A stretch of DNA of 64,000 bases from the human T2T-CHM13v2.0 reference genome, Homo sapiens (GCF_009914755.1 NC_060934.1), one strand, 5' to 3'. Positions 39,222 to 52,293 are shown, counted from the first letter of the stretch. Made by a program: numbers and translations. The notes: generated by a model from the letters alone, not told the origin.

Positions 39222-40723
39222 AAGTAGATAGGGAAATGCTGAATCTCACTCCACCTTAGACCAAAGAGTCACTAGCACTTTCTACACATTGCAAATATTC
39301 AGTAAGGATTTATTTCTCATGCTTTACTTGTATCAATTAACTTGATCCTCACAACAATACTGTGTGAGGTAGGTGAAAAACTGGAGGCATAGAGATATGG
39401 AGTCAATTGCCTGAGTGAAATAACTGGGGTATCAATCAAGGGCTCAAACCCAGAAGGTCTTCTTCCAGGACCCCTCTCTTAATCACTATTCAAGCAACTC
39501 TCCCAACAGTGATTTTCCACACTTTTTTGATATATATACCATGGATTCTTAAATTTTTTTTCTCTTTAAAAATTGTTCCTTCCTTTTGAAATTCATCCTC
39601 ACTTTTATAATTTTAGCTTGTCAATATTAGTATGACACATTTGGGAAACTTGCTTTATAATGCTCCAAATTCTGAGGAGTAACTATTCTATCTAGGGATG
39701 TGGTCTGTATTTTAAATATGCATGCAGTTTGGAGCTAGACTGAGAGAGTAGTCAAGAGCAAAGGGGAGTCCAGAGACTAATTCCTCTTTTGGGTTTCTCA
39801 CAGGCTACATGGCTTCTCACTGAGATATCTCTCCCACTCTTTGCAAGTCTCTGCATAACCTTCCTTGCATATGGGACTTTAAGGTTGCCACCACCTCTCT
39901 CCACATAGTAACCTGTTACACTTATTTCTCAGTGTGCAGCACCTCATTGTCTAGGTTATTTCTTAGATCAGGTTTCTGAAGGATGGAAAATCTAATTATT
40001 GTTTTATTAGTTTGAGCCACACTACTTATAGATCACTGCTTAACCTATGTTGTCTGTCCTTAGTTCTTATGCCTGCCCTGGTTCAGAGAATCAAACCCAG
40101 AGGTAAAGCTGGGGCTGGGGTTCCTTATGCAAAGAGAGCTGTCTAGTAGGAACTCTGGATTGGCTCATTTTGCTTTAAAGAAGTTATGGGCAGGAGGAGA
40201 GTAACTGAGAAACTGTAATTGAGATATAATTAAAATAAGATAAAATTGATCAAATAAGCAGAAAAAGTGGGAGAATTGAATGGCTGAGTAGAAGTAATTT
40301 TTCAGCGTTGGAAGAGATCTCTGAGGCATGATAACGCCAGCAGTGGTGCTATATTCTGGCACATTAGGGAGAAGGGTTTTGAGATGTGAGTGAAGGTATT
40401 GACCATATCCTGCTAAGTAATGCTGTGACTGATTGACAATATCGTGGTTGAATCTAAAGCTAGATGACCCTGTCAGTAGGGAGGCAATAGTGGGGAGAAA
40501 CATTTCTGCCCTAGAAAGATTTCCTGTCTATTCTACCAAGTTACTCTGTGTTGCTCAAAGTAGGATAATTCCAGGTGACCAGGTCATATGAAATTATATG
40601 TTAAAGAATTTGAATTTTAATGGCATAAAATGCTAGATTATATTATGTACATAACACTTTTATCTACACTGTAAAAATAAAGGTATTTGATAATATTTAT
40701 CAGTGTTTGATTCTTCAAGGAGG

Positions 40724-41027
40724 GGCCTAGCTGCCATGGCTAATGCCTGTAATCTCCGCACTTTAGTAGACTGAAGTGGGTGGATCGCTTGAGGCCAGGA
40801 GTTTGAGATCAGCCTGGGTTTCATAGTGAGACCGTATCTCTATCAAAAAAGAAAAGAAAAGAAAAGGTGTAATTAACTGGGCGTGGTGACATGTGCCTGT
40901 AGTTGTAGCCACTCAGGAGACTGAGGCAGGAGGATTACTTGAGACCAGGCATTTGAGGTTACGGTGATCGCATAACTACATTCCAGCTTGGGCAACAGAG
41001 TAAAAAACTGTCACTGAAAAAAAAAAA
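40724..41027 (+). mobile_element. AluJ (Jo/Jr-like), diverged
   Basis: ggatcgcttgaggccaggagtttgagatcagcctggg...aggattacttgagaccagg...ccagcttgggcaacagag plus A tail. Confidence 0.92.
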
Positions 41028-41448
41028 GAGAGAGAAAGGGATACAAGTTGTATTGGATCATTTCTATTAATTTAGTACCCAAGTAAGTAAAACTAAAAGA
41101 AGTTCCTTCAAGAGTATTAAAACATGTTGCCCTGGACAATGAAAAGCAGTTTTCCTTAGAAGAAACTCGTTAGATCTTTCAGTGATGGTTAGCGCTGTGG
41201 ACCACTGAGTCTAACCACAGAGAGTTGAATCCAGGCTTGACCACAGTCTGGCTTTTCTGAGTTACCTTCACCAAGGAGCTCCAGGATGCTCAGCTGAAAA
41301 ACAGGAAAGTAACATTCACATGGAGATGTTGTCAGAGTGAAATCGATAATCTGTATAATTCTTTTTGCAAATTATAGTATTTTCACAAGTGTGGCTAACA
41401 ATAACATTTTGAACTGTTAGAAGTAGTTTGATTCCAGAGGGTATGTAG

Positions 41449-41829
41449 TAGGGCGGGTACTGGGGTGAACTGAGTGAAACACCTTGGGTGGAAAATTTAA
41501 GGGGGTGCCAAAGACTCAATATTCAAGATAAATAATATTTTAATGCAATATTTTAAAAATCACTACAAAATAAGTCCATGAAAAGAAAATATCAATATTT
41601 TAATTACAGGCAGGATCTGACTCTGCCTCATTCGCCTAGTTTCAATAAAACTTATTTTACGAAAGCAGGCAGCCAGCCCATGAATCGGAGTTGCTGTTTT
41701 GATTTTTTTTAAATATTTAAATATCATGTATCTTGATTACTGAGTATTTTTTTTTTTTTTTTTTGGTGCCCTCTAAAATTTTGTGCTCTGGGTGAGTGCT
41801 TCACTTCCTACATTGTAGTCTGGGCTCTG
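41449..41829. mobile_element. MER96B-like hAT MITE (long inverted arms)
   Basis: Left arm aaaatttaagggggtgccaaagactcaatattcaagata mirrors right arm tatcttgattactgagt...ttggtgccctctaaaatttt. Confidence 0.8.
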
Positions 41830-42758
41830 ATGTGTACGTTTTTAAAAGAATTTAATCAGAGATTCAGAATTCTAAAATTCAGATCCTAGATGTAGACAAG
41901 ACCTTTGGGGCCATCATGATTAACCTTCTATGTAGTTACAAATGCTTTCTAAGCACCCTTTTTAAATGTCAAAGATTATAGTTTTTCCTTTTATAGCCTA
42001 TGACCTATAAATCATACATGTACATGTGGAATTTTTAACCTTTTACAGGTTCACTAAACCTTGGCTGCTGCGTCTCGAGGGCACTTCATGAAACAAGAAA
42101 ACCTCTTACCTAGAGGCCCTCGAGTTGGACTTTGACTTGCTGTGGTTTAGAGGGTCCATTTGCTTTTCTGTTTATGTTCATTTCTTTTATACTCAAGGTT
42201 TTTTCTGACCTCCTTTGACTATTTTCTGAGGGCAAATTTTAACCATCCTAAAAACAAGGAACATCTCAGGAAATTGTTTTCTTTGCTGCTTTTCAATATT
42301 GATGGGATTCTGGCAGTGAAATATAATTAAAATCACAGCAGTTATCAAGTTCCTTTTTATAATAAACCTTTTATCCCTTTACCTAACCTGCTCCTGCCTT
42401 TCCTTGTTTCCCAGGGTTAAATGGCAGTGAGCCATTTGGCTCAACCAGCTGTACTTTGGCAGGGCTTGCTATGAATCAGATGTCCTTTTCCTCCTCGAAG
42501 GCAGAATGTGTCACTTACTTAGACTCACCTCACATTTCAATTTGCAAGTGAGCATGTGGCTTCTGTGCCTTCTATTGGCAGCAGTTGATATATCAACCTA
42601 AATGATAGCCCTTGAATGTGTAATTATTGCAGCTCTTCATGGCTTACCTTCCGCCACTCACCCATTCCTGAACTTCATATCCCTCTAGTTCATTTTGTGC
42701 ATCTTTAAGGTAAAATATTCACCCAGGGATCACAAAGGGAAGAGTAACCCCCTTAAGG

Positions 42759-43105
42759 CAATGGTCCCCAACCTTTTTGGCACCAGGGACTGGTTTCATG
42801 GAAGATAGTTTTTCCATGGGACAGGGTTGGGTGGGGGGATGGTTTCAGGATGAAACTGTTTCATCTCAGATCATCAGTCATTAATTAGATTCTCAAAAGG
42901 GGTGTGCAGCCTAGATCCCTCACATGCACAGTTGACAGTAGAGTTCATGTTCCTGTGAGAATCTAATGCTGCTGCTGATCTGACAGGAGGAGGAGCTCAG
43001 GCGATGATGCTCACTCACCTGCTGCTCACCTCCTGCTGTGTGGCCCGGTTCCTAACAGGTCATGGACTGATATGGGGTCCACGCCCCAGGATTTGAGGAC
43101 CCCTG
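42759..43105 (+). mobile_element. MER1B hAT-Charlie MITE
   Basis: caatggtccccaacctttttggcaccagggactgg...gaggacccctg; perfect 8-bp TSD ccttaagg at 42751-42758 and 43106-43113. Confidence 0.95.
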
Positions 43106-43226
43106 CCTTAAGGAACCAAGAACAAAATAATAGGTGTCTAGTCAGACAGTGGGCTAAAGAGTGACCATGGCAAAGCTTCAGGCTTTGAGAGCTAACTGGA
43201 TTGTTTTTTGTCCCCAGAAGGGTATG

Positions 43227-43974
43227 TGTGATGGTTAATTCTATGTGTCAACTTGACTAGGCCACAGTGTGTGCCCAGATATTTGACTATACATTATTCT
43301 GGGTATCCACGAAGGTGTTTTTAGATAAGATTAACATTTGAATCAGTAGACTAAGTAAAGCAGACTGCTTTACGCACCAGTGTGAGTGGCTCTCATCTAA
43401 TTAGTTGAAGGCCTGTGTAAAACAAAAGGCTGACCCTCCAGCCAGTAAGAGGGATTTCCTTGTTCCTGAAGACCTGGAGCTGGAACATCAGTCTTTTGCT
43501 TCTTTCAGACTAGAACTGAAACAACAGCTCTTCTTGGTTGTGGAGCCTTTCAGATTTCAGACTAAACCTTAGATCTTCAGTTCCTCTGGTTCTCAAGCCT
43601 TGGATTCAGACTGCAACTATACCATCAGCAGTCCTGGGCCTCCAGCTTGCCAACTGCTGTTCTTGGAACTTCCTAGCTTCCATAATTTTATTGTATATAA
43701 ATCTCTTTATATACATCTTATTTATGTATGTATAAATAAGATATATGTATACATATACATGTATAAATAAGATACATAAAGATATAAGATGTGTTATATA
43801 TTAATATTATATGAAGGATAATTTTATATGTTATATATGTATAAGAGATTTGTTATTATAAGGAAATGGCTTAGGAATTTCATATGATACATAGCATGCC
43901 GTGTTAATCAGTGTTCCCCAGAGAAATTGGAGAAACCTTATTGGTTCTGTTTCTCCGGAGAACTCATGAATACA
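43227..43974 (+). mobile_element. MLT2 (MLT2C/D-like) ERVL solo LTR with rearranged 3' part
   Basis: tgtgatggttaattctatgtgtcaacttgactagg...ttggttctgtttctccggagaactcatgaataca; TSD g(t/c)atg at 43222-43226 and 43975-43979. Confidence 0.9.
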
Positions 43975-44399
43975 GCATGCTGCCTGTCATTGGGAAATTC
44001 ACTGCAGTCTAAGAAACCTAACAATGTGACATACAACAGTAGAGAATATATCTGATCAAAGAAAAAAAATAAATGCATCCACAAGCACATGGAAGATTAT
44101 AGGGAATATTTGTCATTTGGAGAATCTTTCCGGTATCTGAACCCCTTGCCTATGTTTGGTGAAGATGGTGCCTTATAAATATTAATGAGAGGCAGAGCCC
44201 CTTTCCTTATGTAGAAGAAAAATAAAATCAAAACCAAAGCCACATTCTCATCACGGTTTTTCTTAGTAGGTAGGCATGACCCCTGTGACCTAGATTTGAA
44301 CAACCTGAGGCACATACTCTGAATTTTTGAGATGGAGTTTGTGACACAGAGAAGTGGGGTCAATGCAGATTTTTTTTTGATGATGGTTAAAGTGACAAC

Positions 44400-44710
44400 A
44401 GTACACAGTTTCTAAGCACAACAGCAGAAATGGTGACTTCAGGGGCAACCAATATCTGAATCCATTGGTGTCAGCCCATGGTGGAGAGCTAGAGCATGGA
44501 ATGTGGGTGCCGGGGGCAGAGGTCTCCTCATTGGGCAGGATCCACAGCGTAATTTTGGCTGTAGGAGTTCTGGCTGCATGGCTTCCGTTCATTCTCCCCA
44601 TTTCTCAAATCTGGCTCTCCAGACTTCATTGGCAATTGTGTTACGTAATACGTTCAGTTTCTGTTTAATTAGCCAGTCATTGTTGGTTGTTTCTATCTAA
44701 GAACCAGGTC
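44400..44710 (+). mobile_element. Old ERVL-type LTR fragment (LTR40/41-like)
   Basis: 3' end tttctgtttaattagccagtcattgttggttgtttctatctaagaacc resembles ERVL LTR termini; boundaries approximate. Confidence 0.4.
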
Positions 44711-44712
44711 TG

Positions 44713-45105
44713 ATTCATTTACTCATTTCCCTAATAATTTTTTGAGTACCTACTATATACCAGACACTCTTTTGGATGGGAAAGAAAGAGCAATGATTAA
44801 GACAGACAACGTATTTTCTCTTATAAAGACTGTATTTTTGTAGGGCAAATGAATAAATAAATAAATAAACAAGAATATAAACAAGGAAAAATCAGCTTGA
44901 TGTAAGAGCAATGGAGAAAATAAAATAGAGTGATGTGATAGAAAGGGACAGGAGGATGAGAAACAGTGTTCAGGGAAGCGTTCTCTAAGGAAATAACTTT
45001 TACATTGAGACCTAAATGGCAAGAAGGAGCCAACCACACAGATAATGGAGAGATGGAGTCTTCTGCCAGGGTAATGGTAAGTTCAAAGGCCCTGAAACAG
45101 GAAGT
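44713..45105 (-). mobile_element. L2 LINE 3' fragment
   Basis: attcatttactcatt...tttttgagtacctactatataccagacact...cagggaagcgttctctaaggaaataac...gagacctaaatggcaagaaggagcc...caaaggccctga. Confidence 0.8.
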
Positions 45106-45652
45106 CAATACAAGTTCAAACTCCAGGGGATTTTAGAGCTCCTCTGATTCAAACATCCAGACGTAGAAAGAAACTGAAGTGTAAAAATTTTTCAAGCCTT
45201 CTGTGAGGACTCTTAAGCGATTCAGTAAACAAATTGTAACTATAGTGAAAAATAAAAAGCAGAGTGCAACGTGGAAGTGAGTGCGTTTCTGTTTAAATTG
45301 AAACTCCCGGCACAAATGTTTTCCCTTTGTTTGGTTCTTCTTAGTTTTTTCTGAGTTCATATTTTCCTAGCCCAGTTTTATCTTTCCTGTCTTTTCAACA
45401 GCGTGTATTAGGAGAACTGGTGAACTAGCAGCAGCCCCTTTCTTCAATGACTTTCCTCAGGTGTGTAATGATGGGAATGGGAATAAATTTCAGTATAGTT
45501 CAAGTGTGTGAGTCAGTAAAGAAATACTAAGATGGTCAATGGACCAATGAGAAGTTTGCTACATCTGGGACCGACTACTACATACGATTCTTCTCAACTA
45601 TAAAAATATCTGTGAAGTAAGCAGGTTTAAATAACTTTTAAAAACTCTAAAA

Positions 45653-45963
45653 CAGTGCTGCCAAATACAAGTATAACACAAGCTATGTATGTAACGTTAA
45701 ATTTTCTATTACCTACACTATAAAATTTTTTAAAAGGCTAAAACAAATCAGGCAATATTAATTTTAACAATATATTTTAACCAGTATATCCAAAATATTA
45801 TTCCAAAAATTATTAGTGAGTTATTCTACATTCTTTTTAAGCTAGGTTTTTAAAATCTGTCTATATTTTACATTTATAGCACACATGGACTCTCAATAGC
45901 CACATATCAGGTGCTGATGCTGAATAGACACACGTGGCTAGTGACTACCATTTGGAAAGAGCA
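45653..45963 (+). mobile_element. MER33 hAT-Charlie MITE
   Basis: cagtgctgccaaatac...attaattttaacaatatattttaaccagtatatccaaaatatta...cacgtggctagtgactaccatttggaaagagca. Confidence 0.85.
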
Positions 45964-48900
45964 ACTTTAGATGGAGGCTGATTTGGTTACAGAGTGCTTG
46001 GAGACCAGGAAGTGGGATAAATCACTGCATGAATCCTTGTAATATCCTAGGTGTCTGTTTTTGTTATGTTTGCTTCCTTTTCCATATTCACTGGCTCCTT
46101 TGTAAGTCCTCTGCATTTCACCACCCCTCTGTCACCAGTTCTGCCTTTTCCCCTCTTCCCTGAAAAGTTCTCTAAGCAGGGAAAAGTTGTTAAGCATTTT
46201 AAAACTGTTTTTTAAGTTTGTTTGTTTGTTTTTACAGTTCCCTTTTTTGGTGACTTACTTTTCATCTTATCCTTCATTTAAAGAAGGCATCCTGAAAAGC
46301 ATAATGAACCCCTCAGAATCAATCCCACACCCTCTTTTGTCAAATATCTCCTTCCCTCCCCATAATTAAGAGTTTATAAAAGGAACCAGGAAGTGTTTAT
46401 CCATGATGCTTAAAACACAAAAATAGGAACTCTAGGTTTTCTTTCTATATGGTGATAAATTTTTCTCCTTTCTGAGTCACTAGCTGATTTTCAGTTTAGG
46501 GTAATATTATTTCTACACACCTACTTAATTTTAATGTGACAAAAATGAGTTTTGTGCAGTGTTTCCTCCTGCAAAAAATGCTGCCTCTCTATTTATCCAA
46601 TAGACCACACTGATTCCACCATGCCTTTTTTGTTTTGCACATGTGATTTTAAGAGGTCCACTCTTTTTCTAAACTATGAAAAGCTATATAAATATTGGAA
46701 ATTATAGCATAAGAACAATACAAATATACTAGTACTGATATATTCATTAACATTTGTGCTTAACATTTATCCTTCCTGATATTTGAAAGAAAACAAGTAA
46801 TTGTTAAATGAATGTGTACAGGGATCCATGTGTTCCTTATCTTCATTCACTTATTATGCTATAAGTCATAGATTATTAATCAGCCAACCACCTTCTTGAT
46901 ATTGGAAGGGAGGCAAAATCTATTTTCTCCATGATGAAAATCCCAATTACTTGGTGCAAAATTAAGACCCACCAATTATATAAAGGTCACACATTCAATT
47001 CCTCACATGTCTGTGGGAAACATGAAAAAGGGTCATTGCATTTACCCTCTGCCATAGAAGCACCACACTTTTGTGTTGCATAGTCAGACACCACTTAAGA
47101 TACTGGACTTCCTTCAGCTACCTAAGGAAGAATCAGCTAGGACCCACAGTGTTTCTCAAAGGTTTTCATGTCAAGACTCATGCACAAAATATTTTATATG
47201 CTGACTGTATTAATGATCAGAGATGATGCTGTATACCAGGCCTCTCCTGGTGGTGATAAGGGCTGTCAGATCAATACCTGAGCTCCTGTAACCTATTCAC
47301 AGTGTCCCAGTGGCTGGAAACTCTGGCCTAGAAAGTGTAGGTGATTTTTTACTATTAGAAGAAAAACTAAAGTAAATGCCTGATTAGTGGTAGGAACTAC
47401 TCTTTTGGGAGATGGCTCAGAATATTGCTTCACTGATGGCAAATTGCAAGGACAACTCCATTTTAGGAGTGCCTGGCTTACACCCAAGAAGAGGATTGTA
47501 AAAAGGGTCTCTTTATCATTGATGCCCTCGCATCTCACAAGGTTAGCCAGATTACTATTTGGTGGATTTTTCTAAGTGATTAAAAGGCAAAGCTACTACT
47601 ACACACAAAGCAAATAATTGTTTTGTCATGGAATAGCACATTTTAGAACATTGGAAGAATATATAAAACTCCGGTGAACCAAGAGATCCTGGAACCAAAA
47701 CTCAGCATTGGGCACATCTCTCTGGATTTAAATTAGAATTCCTGATTGATAACTCAAGTAGAAAGAAGCCACTTCTAGTCTCTTCTGGACAGACTTCCCC
47801 TATGCAGAGTGATGGATGTCAGGCCCAGCTTTGTAATTAAGCCATCAGATGATTTGCAAAGTTAAATACGTGCAAAGAGAAATATAGCATTCGAGCTACA
47901 TATGGCATGTTAATGCTCTTATTTTGAAATACTTAAAATTTTCAGATCTAAAGTTGCATTTGATTAGATTTCTTTAAAGAAAAGAAAGTTGATTAGATTT
48001 CTTTGAAGAAATCTAAAATATACTTTTCTAGGGAACTAAGATATCTCCTAAGACTTAGTGTCAAAAATGTCCATATATAGGGCATTTATTGAGTATTTAC
48101 TCTGTGCAAGATACTGTTTGACACTTAATTTACTCCTCTACAACATCCATATGAAATAAATTCTCCTCATTTAAGGATAAGACTCAAAGAGCCTCAATAA
48201 CTTGCCCAATAATCCATTTAAGTAAGTAATAGAGCCAAGATGTGAACTGAACCCAGGTCTCCTTTTTAAATAAATCCTTTTATTTAACTGCTGTCAAACT
48301 CTTTCCCAAGACAGAGCTCCCCACAGGGAACTTTAAATAGAATACTTGGCAAAGATACAGGAAAGGAGGTAGAAGTATGGGATGATTTGCTGCTCTATAC
48401 AAACCATCGAATTTCTTTCTATCCCTTGGTTTCTGTAATCTATGTGCTTTATCTCATATATTGACATATAACAATTATAAAAGAAAAAATAAATCTATTT
48501 TAGTTGAAGTATTTTGAAAGTGTTCTGTCATTTTAAATTAACATTACTAGGTAGTAACAAAGCCATTTGGATTCTTATCCCCTGTTAACACTACTCCCTT
48601 TTTAAAGCTATGAATGTTCTTTTCCCAGATACTTAACATTTTGTTGAATTTCAGTGTTCTAGAAATAGTTTACTATTCTCTAAAAAACATTAGTGCATAG
48701 TGCTGTTAGAGCCAAGAAAACTAAACAGATGATTGGTACCATTAGGAACGGCCCTGTAAGCAAACGTGATGTAGCTCACACTTTCTCAAATCTGCATCAA
48801 GAGTATTTCAGATAGTTAGCGTCATTGTGTCTAAAGAAAGTTATCACATGCTTAACAAGTCCCAGGATATGAAAATCTTCCTTAACTTAGTATTTCAACA

Positions 48901-49817
48901 AATGCGAATACTTTGTGTCATGGTTTCTACATGCATATTCATAAACTTTGTAGATTGATAATAGATTATGATGAAACAATAACTGGGACATGAATCCACA
49001 GGTTATATGTTACAGAGGCCAAAATGTTTTTACTGCCAGTGTCAGAAAACAAACCCAGCTGGACTGAGCCAATTTGTCAAATCTAATTTGGGCCTGAAGT
49101 GGAAATATCAACTACCTAAGTGTAATATGATGGACAAAGGTTGATCTGTGAATGCAAAAGTCAATATGGTAATAGCATGATATTTTGCTTTGGAATCAAA
49201 CATACTTGCTTGGGTTGAAATCCTTGTTTTCAACACCTATGTGTCCTGAGAGCTTGGCCAAGTAATTTCCCTGAGTGAATTCTGTCTGCTAATAAGATCA
49301 TGCCAATTAAATGTACTTGGAATGTTGTAGAGGCTCTCCTTTCAACATCAAAACACGCATAAGAATCATGGAGGATGAGGGACTTATTAATGTCAAATGC
49401 ACATTTTTGGCCATGGAGAGCAGAAATCTCTCCTGCCCTTTCATTCTCTCACCTCTACATCTATGCAACTTAAGCAGTGCTTTAGGAAATAAATGGTGAG
49501 CAAGGGGCCATCCTTAATGTTGGAGAAAATGGTGAACACAGGACTTTCTTACTCTTCTTGTTTCTTTTTAAGACGTGATTAAGGAAAAAAAATCACAAAG
49601 TTCTCACTTCTGCAGTATGAGTAAACATTTTGATTTTGATTATGAAGCCTTCCTAAAAGGTGAAAAAGATGGTAATGAGTCTTATATATGTTTTGGGAAA
49701 TTATAATATTCTATAAATTTGCCTTCATTAAGTGGAGGGCAGTTGGATAATGTTTATTTTTGTGCCACTCATCCATCATTCTAAATAGTGGTGGCACATT
49801 TCTGACAATTTACTGTA

Positions 49818-49909
49818 CAGATGCTCCTTGACTTATGATGGGATTACATCCTGATAAACCAATCATAAAATAAAGTCAAGTCAAGCCATCCTAAACTGGG
49901 GACTGGCTG
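49818..49909. mobile_element. Tigger5/MER47-type short MITE
   Basis: ta|cagatgctccttgacttatgatgggattacatcctgataaacc...ggggactggctg|ta; TA target duplication. Confidence 0.85.
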
Positions 49910-51408
49910 TACTTTAGATCCTAGAGAAGGTGACAGTGGAATTACATGAGGCCTTTTCTTCCTTTAACCCTTAGAGGAGTTACTTCTGTTTGAAAGAAGT
50001 CTTCACATCTGCATTTTCAAACAATGCCAGACAAATACCACTAGTCAAATAAAAGAGATAGCCACTGCTAAAATTCATCAATAGAAGGATCTCCACACCG
50101 TGAATGTAGTTTCTTCTTTTATACATACAGGCGATTTCAAATAAGTAAACCATGTACTCTTCAGAACTGGATTAAAACCATATCGGAAATTTGACCCTTA
50201 GACATTTACGTCTGGCACATATATGCAGGAAATGAAGCCTTTGGCAAACTTTTACTAGGATCCAAATATTTGGCTCTTGTAGACAGCAGTTTCCTGTGCT
50301 TGTGTCTCATCCTGCTTTTCTGGTCCTGTGTTTTGGCATGAGGCAACCTTGCTCCCATAAAAGGTATCCGAAATATGTGGAGACTTCCCTGTTCCTGCAC
50401 ACAGAGAATGGATGTGGAAACCACGTGGGGTTCATCTCATAAAGCATCTGCATAAGCCGTAGGGAGATACGGCAAGTTCCACAGAGAACTCAGTGTACTG
50501 GAAAGAAAGCTACACAATGGGACCTGAAAAGACTAAATAGTTCTCTCATCTGGCAACAGAGCTGTCATGAAGACAGGGTAGCAAGCAGTGTTTTGCAATT
50601 TACCATGCTGTTTGTTCCTTTCTCTGTTTAAGGCCCGTGGAGTGCCCTGTTGATCAGGATTCTACCTCTCTGCCTTCCTCTCTCTGCAGCGATCCTCTGT
50701 CTCTACTTCTCCAGTTAGGCCCTCTGGAATTGTCTTAATGATGTTAACTACCCTGGTGGATAAGCACAGCAGCCCGCAGCCACTCCAGCCCCACTGCCTG
50801 CTGCTGCAGAACTCAACCAATGAAATCAATTTGTTGTCGACAGCTGTTCCTCTCCCTGCTCATTCAAGAGCTTATACATCATTCCTCCCCTCTTTCTTTG
50901 GGAAGTAAAGCCTGGCTCAGGTGCAGAGGAAATGAGTAGATCCGCTAAGATTTCAAACTCTTTTTTTCTTCATGGCATACCGTCTTCCTCATTGCTGTAC
51001 TATCATTTTACTAGCAGATGAAACCCAGGCGAGATGAAGCCAGAGTAGAACTGATTAATCTTGGCCCACTGGAGATAGATAGTTTTCACTGGGGGCCTGC
51101 TGCAAATGGAATCCACTTAGGAAAAACCAGTTTGATTGTCTTGAAGACCCAGATTCTCTATATGGAAAAAGAAGATGCTTTGAAAGGAAACTATTATGTT
51201 AACTACTAGGCTTCTTGGCAAGAAAATAAGCATTATGTTTGTTTTTTTTTTTTTTTTATGAGACCCTTCTGTTTTTATATATTTCTATGGCTGTAGTTCA
51301 TTTCAGCATGTGCAACAATAGGTGAATTCTCTGCTTATACTTATTGAATAAAATGTGCCAAGAAATAAATGCACTGGATATGTTCAGATGGGTTATTTCA
51401 TGTAACCC

Positions 51409-51849
51409 TGTATTAGTCAGAGTTCTCTAGAGGGAAAGAACTAATAGGAAATATGTATATGTATAAAGGGGAGTTTATTAAGTATTAACTCACACGATCA
51501 GAAGGTCCCACAATCAGCCGTCTGCAAGCTGACGAGCAAGGAGGACCAGTCCGAGTTCCAAAACTGAAAAACTTGGAGTTCGACGTTTGAGGGCAGGAAG
51601 CATCCAGCGTGGGAGAAACATGTAGGCTGGGAGGCTAGGCCAGTCTAGTCTTTTCATGTTTTTCTGCCTGCTTTATATTCGCTGGCAGCTGATTAAATGA
51701 TGCCCACCGGGATTAAGTGTGGGCCTCCCTTGCCCAGCCCATTGACTCAAAGGTTAATCTCCTTTGGCAACACCCTCACAAACATACCCAGGATCAATAC
51801 TTTGCATCCTTCAATCCAATCAAGTTGTCACTCAGTATTAACCATCACA
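51409..51849 (-). mobile_element. MLT2A 3' LTR (441 bp; length fits MLT2A1)
   Basis: tgtattagtcagagttctctagaggg...aaggtcccacaat...cagtattaaccatcaca. Confidence 0.93.
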
Positions 51850-52293
51850 AGTCCACCCCTTGTCAATTTGAACCCATGCACATCCCCTGAGATCATGCAT
51901 AATCTTCAAATAGAGACAATAATGTCATAATTACACTTATCATAAAACAACTATCTTTTGTACAACTGGAAACACACCAATCCCCAACCCAAATGCTATT
52001 ACATAAAGTTAACAATACTTAAATGATGATATGAAGTCAATAAATATTATGTCACATAAAGGAGAAAAGAAATAAAATGAAGATATTTTCTTGGTACAAT
52101 TATATACATGCACCGACATGTTTTTAACAAAAGGAGGAAATACTCATGACAATTACAGTCCTTATTTCTGCAACTCATCACGTGGTTGTGGATGGTATTG
52201 AGGGTTACCTTCTTCTACTACCCATTCTGTATTGCCTTTGCCTTCAGCAAGCACCTCAACAGGTTGTGTTTTTATTTTTCCTGGTTGAGTGAC

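Noticed and set aside
41449-41829. Long inverted repeat resembling a structured ncRNA or miRNA precursor
   Set aside because: Explained by the palindromic architecture of a MER96B-type MITE.
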